Below, one piece after another: positions 60,711 through 64,000 of a stretch of 64,000 nt of DNA. The stretch is from Eledone cirrhosa (taxonomy: Eukaryota): contig OZ024745.1 in NCBI GenBank assembly GCA_964016885.1, positions 79,422,001 through 79,486,000 on the forward strand, read 5' to 3'. Position 1 is the first letter of the stretch. Each line of letters starts with the position of its first letter. Made by a program: the position numbers and the translations under genes. A model generated the notes under the pieces. It ran no database searches, had not been told where the DNA came from, and saw only the letters and a list, made by a program, of their open reading frames with translations.

Positions 60711-63700
60711 TTCGACCGCGGACGGCTAACATAACCCCATCGCCCCCCGCCCCTCACCGCCCCCAACCCCCAAACGCAATCCAAAACTTCAGAGTTGGTA
60801 CCATAAATGTAGGCACCCTAAAGGGTCGCGCTAACGAGGTTGTAGAAATGCTTGAACGTAAGGAGGTCGATGTTTGTTGTATTCAAGAGACCAGGTGGAG
60901 GGGTGGGTCTGCTAGGTTCATTGAGGGTAAAAAACGTTGTTATAAGCTTTTCTGGGTGGGAAACGACGATGGGCTGGGTGGAGTAGGAATCATGGTAGCA
61001 GAAAAGTGGGCAGATAAGATAATAGACGTAAATAGAGTGAACGACAGAATAATTAAAATACGACTTGTCCTCAATAGAACTACGGTGACAGTAATATCTG
61101 CGTACGCACCCCAATCCGGACTGCCCGGCACTATAAAAGACAGATTCTATGAGACACTGATGCTAACTACCTCCCAAATATCCGACAGTGACTATATAAT
61201 TATCGCAGGCGACCTAAATGGTCACGTTGGACAACATTGTGACGGCTACGACGAAATCCATGGAGGCTATGGGTTTGGTACTAGAAATGAGGAAGGCTCC
61301 AGAATCCTGGAATTCTGTGATGCAAATAACCTAACTATCTGTAACACTAACTTCAAAAAACGTGACAATCACCTGATCACCTATAGATCCGGGGAACACA
61401 CAAGCCAGGTAGATTATATCCTTACCAGAAGACGTGACAGAGTGTCTGTTGTTAACACTAAATCCCTCCCCCATGAAGAATGCACCTCCCAACATAGACT
61501 GATAATTAGCGACCTCATAGTCAGGACGAGACGTACTCGACAACAGAAGAGGACTATCCTCAGGAGGAAAATATGGAAGCTAAAGGACCCCACAGCCAGG
61601 AATAAATTTCAAAGCATATTACTTGATGCTTTCGACAGTAAGGAAGAACATTTAGAGTCGGACAATATAGAGGGAGAGTGGGAATTTCTGAAAGCAAACC
61701 TGCTGTTGGCGACAGACGAGGTCTGTGGCTGGAGCAGGCCTGTAGGCAGGAGGAGAGTAACATGGTGGTGGAACAGTAAGGTGGAGGGGTCAATTAAGGC
61801 CAAAAAGCAGGCTTGGAAAGTATGGCGGGATGGGGGAAGTAGAGAGGACTATCAAGTGGCCAGGAGGGAAGCTAGGAGACAAGTGTACTTAGCAAGAAGG
61901 GAAGCTGAGGAAAGAAAGTTCAAGCATGTTCTACAACGCGATGACCAAAAACGTGAGGTGTTCAGGATTGCTAGGCAATGCGTCAAGGAAAACCGTGATA
62001 TTGTCGGGGAGAAGTGTGTACTAAACGACGATGGCACACTTGCCATCACCGACGCTGATAAGAAGGTAGCTTGGAAGTGTCACTATGAAAGGCTTCTAAA
62101 TGAGGAGAATAATTGGGAGAAAGGCAGTCTCCCCCATATCGACCCAATAGAGGGACCAGCAGTGTTAGTCGAGGGGAGTATAATAAGTAAGGCAATCAAG
62201 GATATGAAGACTGGTAAGGCGGCTGGGCCTTCGGAAATAGTTGCTGAGATGCTGAAGGCATCTGGCACGGTGGGACACACCATGGTCACCCGCATAGTTA
62301 ACCAAGTCGTACAAAACGGGGTTGTTCCGAAGGACTGGCATAGCAGCATCATCGTTAACTGTTATAAGGGTAAAGGAGACGCCCTAGATAGGAGTAACTA
62401 TAGAGGCATTAAATTAATCGACCAGGTCATGAAGGTCACGGAAAGAGTAATAGCGCAACTAATCAGAGAGAGAATTGACCTAGATGAAATGCAGTTCGGG
62501 TTTGTGTCAGGCAAAAGTACCACAGACGCTCTTTTCATAGTACGACAACTACAAGAGAAGTACCTAGCTAAAGGTAAACCCCTCTACTTAGCTTTTGTCG
62601 ACTTGGAGAAAGCCTTCGACAGAGTCCCCCGCTCCATTATCTGGTGGGCTCTTAGAAAACTAGGCGTTGACGAATGGCTTGTGAGGGCTATACAAGCCAT
62701 GTATAAAGAAACAGTCAGCAAGGTTAGAATTAACAACGAATATAGTGAAGAGTTTAGCGTAAAAGTCGGCGTCCATCAGGGCTCTGTTCTCAGTCCACTA
62801 CTATTTATTATTGCCCTTCAGGCCATAACAGAGGAGTTCAAGACAGGCTGCCCATGGGAACTCCTATACGCAGACGACCTGACACTCATAGCGGAATCAA
62901 TGGCCGAGCTAGAGAAGAAATTCCAAACATGGAAGCACGGCCTAGAGTCAAAAGGACTTAAAATTAACCTGGCTAAGACCAAAGTACTAGTTTGTAGGAA
63001 AGAAAACAAGGCGGCGGTCCCTTCTGGGAAATGGTCGTGCTCGGTGTGTAGGAAAGGCGTAGGTAGAAACTCCATTTTATGTCCTAAATGCAAAGTATGG
63101 GTGCATAAAAGATGTAGTGGGATCACAGGTAGGCTAACTAAGAACATAGATTTTACATGTGGCCGGTGCTCTGGTGCAATAAGTAGCAGCAAGTGCCCAC
63201 AAACTACTAGCTCTTTCAATTGCGCAGAGGGTTCTATAGAAATAGTGGACAGCTTCCGTTACCTGGGCGATAAAATCAGCAGTGGGGGAGGGTGCTCTGA
63301 AAGTACTGTAGCTAGAGTCAGAACTGGTTGGAAAAAGTTCAGAGAGCTTATACCACTATTAGCTGCTAAAGGGTTCTCACTAAAAATGAAAGGCAGGTTG
63401 TACGATGCCTGCATACGAACAGCAATGCTGCATGGCAGTGAGACCTGGGCATTGTGTGCAGAGGATATACGCAGACTAGAGAGGAACGAAGCTTGCATGC
63501 TCCGCTGGATGTGTAACAGTAATATACGTGAACGGCAAAGCATAAACGAACTAAGGAATAAATTAGAGATAAGAGGGATCAGATGTTGTTTACTCGAGAG
63601 AAGGCTACGTTGGTATGGACACGTGATGCGCATGAAAGTCGATAGCTGTATAACAAAGTGCAGGGCAATAAAGATAGACGGTAGTCACGGAATAGGCAGA

Positions 63701-64000
63701 CCTAGAAAAACCTGGGACGAGCTGATAAACTCCGACATCACACACTTACACCTCTCCAAGACAATGTCACTGGACCGAGACCTTTGGCGGTACTCAGTAA
63801 CAGAGAAGACCCGCCTTACCTAAATATATAGTAAAACCTACTCCAGCCAGTAGGCATCTCTAACAAATACACCCCGTCCCACCACCCCCACCCCATCCAC
63901 ACCACCCCGTTCTATGTAAAGTTATGTTGGTGCCGCGCCATCGAGGCCGAAACAAATGAGATCGTGTAGGTGTCACGACAAAAAACACACAGTCCACGCT
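60711..64000 (+). mobile_element. Nearly full-length young RTE LINE; 3' UTR runs off the window
   Basis: Uninterrupted APE+RT frame followed by the family 3' UTR; 5' end abuts the TA array. Confidence 0.95.
60848..63823 (+). CDS. RTE polyprotein: APE endonuclease + RT with embedded PHD-like finger (frame open upstream to ~60710)
   Basis: [31 protein letters not shown] (APE); [36 protein letters not shown] (RT). Confidence 0.93.
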   Translation: MLERKEVDVCCIQETRWRGGSARFIEGKKRCYKLFWVGNDDGLGGVGIMVAEKWADKIIDVNRVNDRIIKIRLVLNRTTVTVISAYAPQSGLPGTIKDRFYETLMLTTSQISDSDYIIIAGDLNGHVGQHCDGYDEIHGGYGFGTRNEEGSRILEFCDANNLTICNTNFKKRDNHLITYRSGEHTSQVDYILTRRRDRVSVVNTKSLPHEECTSQHRLIISDLIVRTRRTRQQKRTILRRKIWKLKDPTARNKFQSILLDAFDSKEEHLESDNIEGEWEFLKANLLLATDEVCGWSRPVGRRRVTWWWNSKVEGSIKAKKQAWKVWRDGGSREDYQVARREARRQVYLARREAEERKFKHVLQRDDQKREVFRIARQCVKENRDIVGEKCVLNDDGTLAITDADKKVAWKCHYERLLNEENNWEKGSLPHIDPIEGPAVLVEGSIISKAIKDMKTGKAAGPSEIVAEMLKASGTVGHTMVTRIVNQVVQNGVVPKDWHSSIIVNCYKGKGDALDRSNYRGIKLIDQVMKVTERVIAQLIRERIDLDEMQFGFVSGKSTTDALFIVRQLQEKYLAKGKPLYLAFVDLEKAFDRVPRSIIWWALRKLGVDEWLVRAIQAMYKETVSKVRINNEYSEEFSVKVGVHQGSVLSPLLFIIALQAITEEFKTGCPWELLYADDLTLIAESMAELEKKFQTWKHGLESKGLKINLAKTKVLVCRKENKAAVPSGKWSCSVCRKGVGRNSILCPKCKVWVHKRCSGITGRLTKNIDFTCGRCSGAISSSKCPQTTSSFNCAEGSIEIVDSFRYLGDKISSGGGCSESTVARVRTGWKKFRELIPLLAAKGFSLKMKGRLYDACIRTAMLHGSETWALCAEDIRRLERNEACMLRWMCNSNIRERQSINELRNKLEIRGIRCCLLERRLRWYGHVMRMKVDSCITKCRAIKIDGSHGIGRPRKTWDELINSDITHLHLSKTMSLDRDLWRYSVTEKTRLT

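Overview
AT-rich, repeat-dense animal genomic DNA with GT-AG introns. The repeat content (RTE LINEs with (GAT)n tails, tRNA-derived SINEs, long (TA)n tracts) suggests an octopus/coleoid cephalopod, which is an inference. Four host genes can be assembled by hand: the last 7 coding exons of a diacylglycerol kinase epsilon (+, 923-10633), a 4-exon ARL9/ARL10-like GTPase with an N-terminal hydrophobic anchor (+, 36806-43445), a 2-exon HIGD2A (-, 48414-54304), and the first exon of a DDX56-like DEAD-box helicase (+, 54573-54635) head-to-head with HIGD2A. Most of the rest is mobile DNA: an intact R4/Dong-type RLE retrotransposon inside an (ATT)n tract, about 10 RTE copies (one nearly complete, with a PHD-like finger inside the RT), Tx1/L1, CR1 and HERO-like fragments, two different Penelope-like (GIY-YIG) fragments, a non-autonomous Helitron, piggyBac-like MITEs and many SINEs. 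Most notable: five hammerhead-ribozyme folds of four different sequence families (two in sense orientation in DDX56 intron 1), the PHD finger within the RTE RT, ARL10-HIGD2A linkage resembling the human locus, and a TCTCGCGAGA plus ETS motif pair upstream of the ARL gene. All calls are by eye; no searches or folding programs were run.
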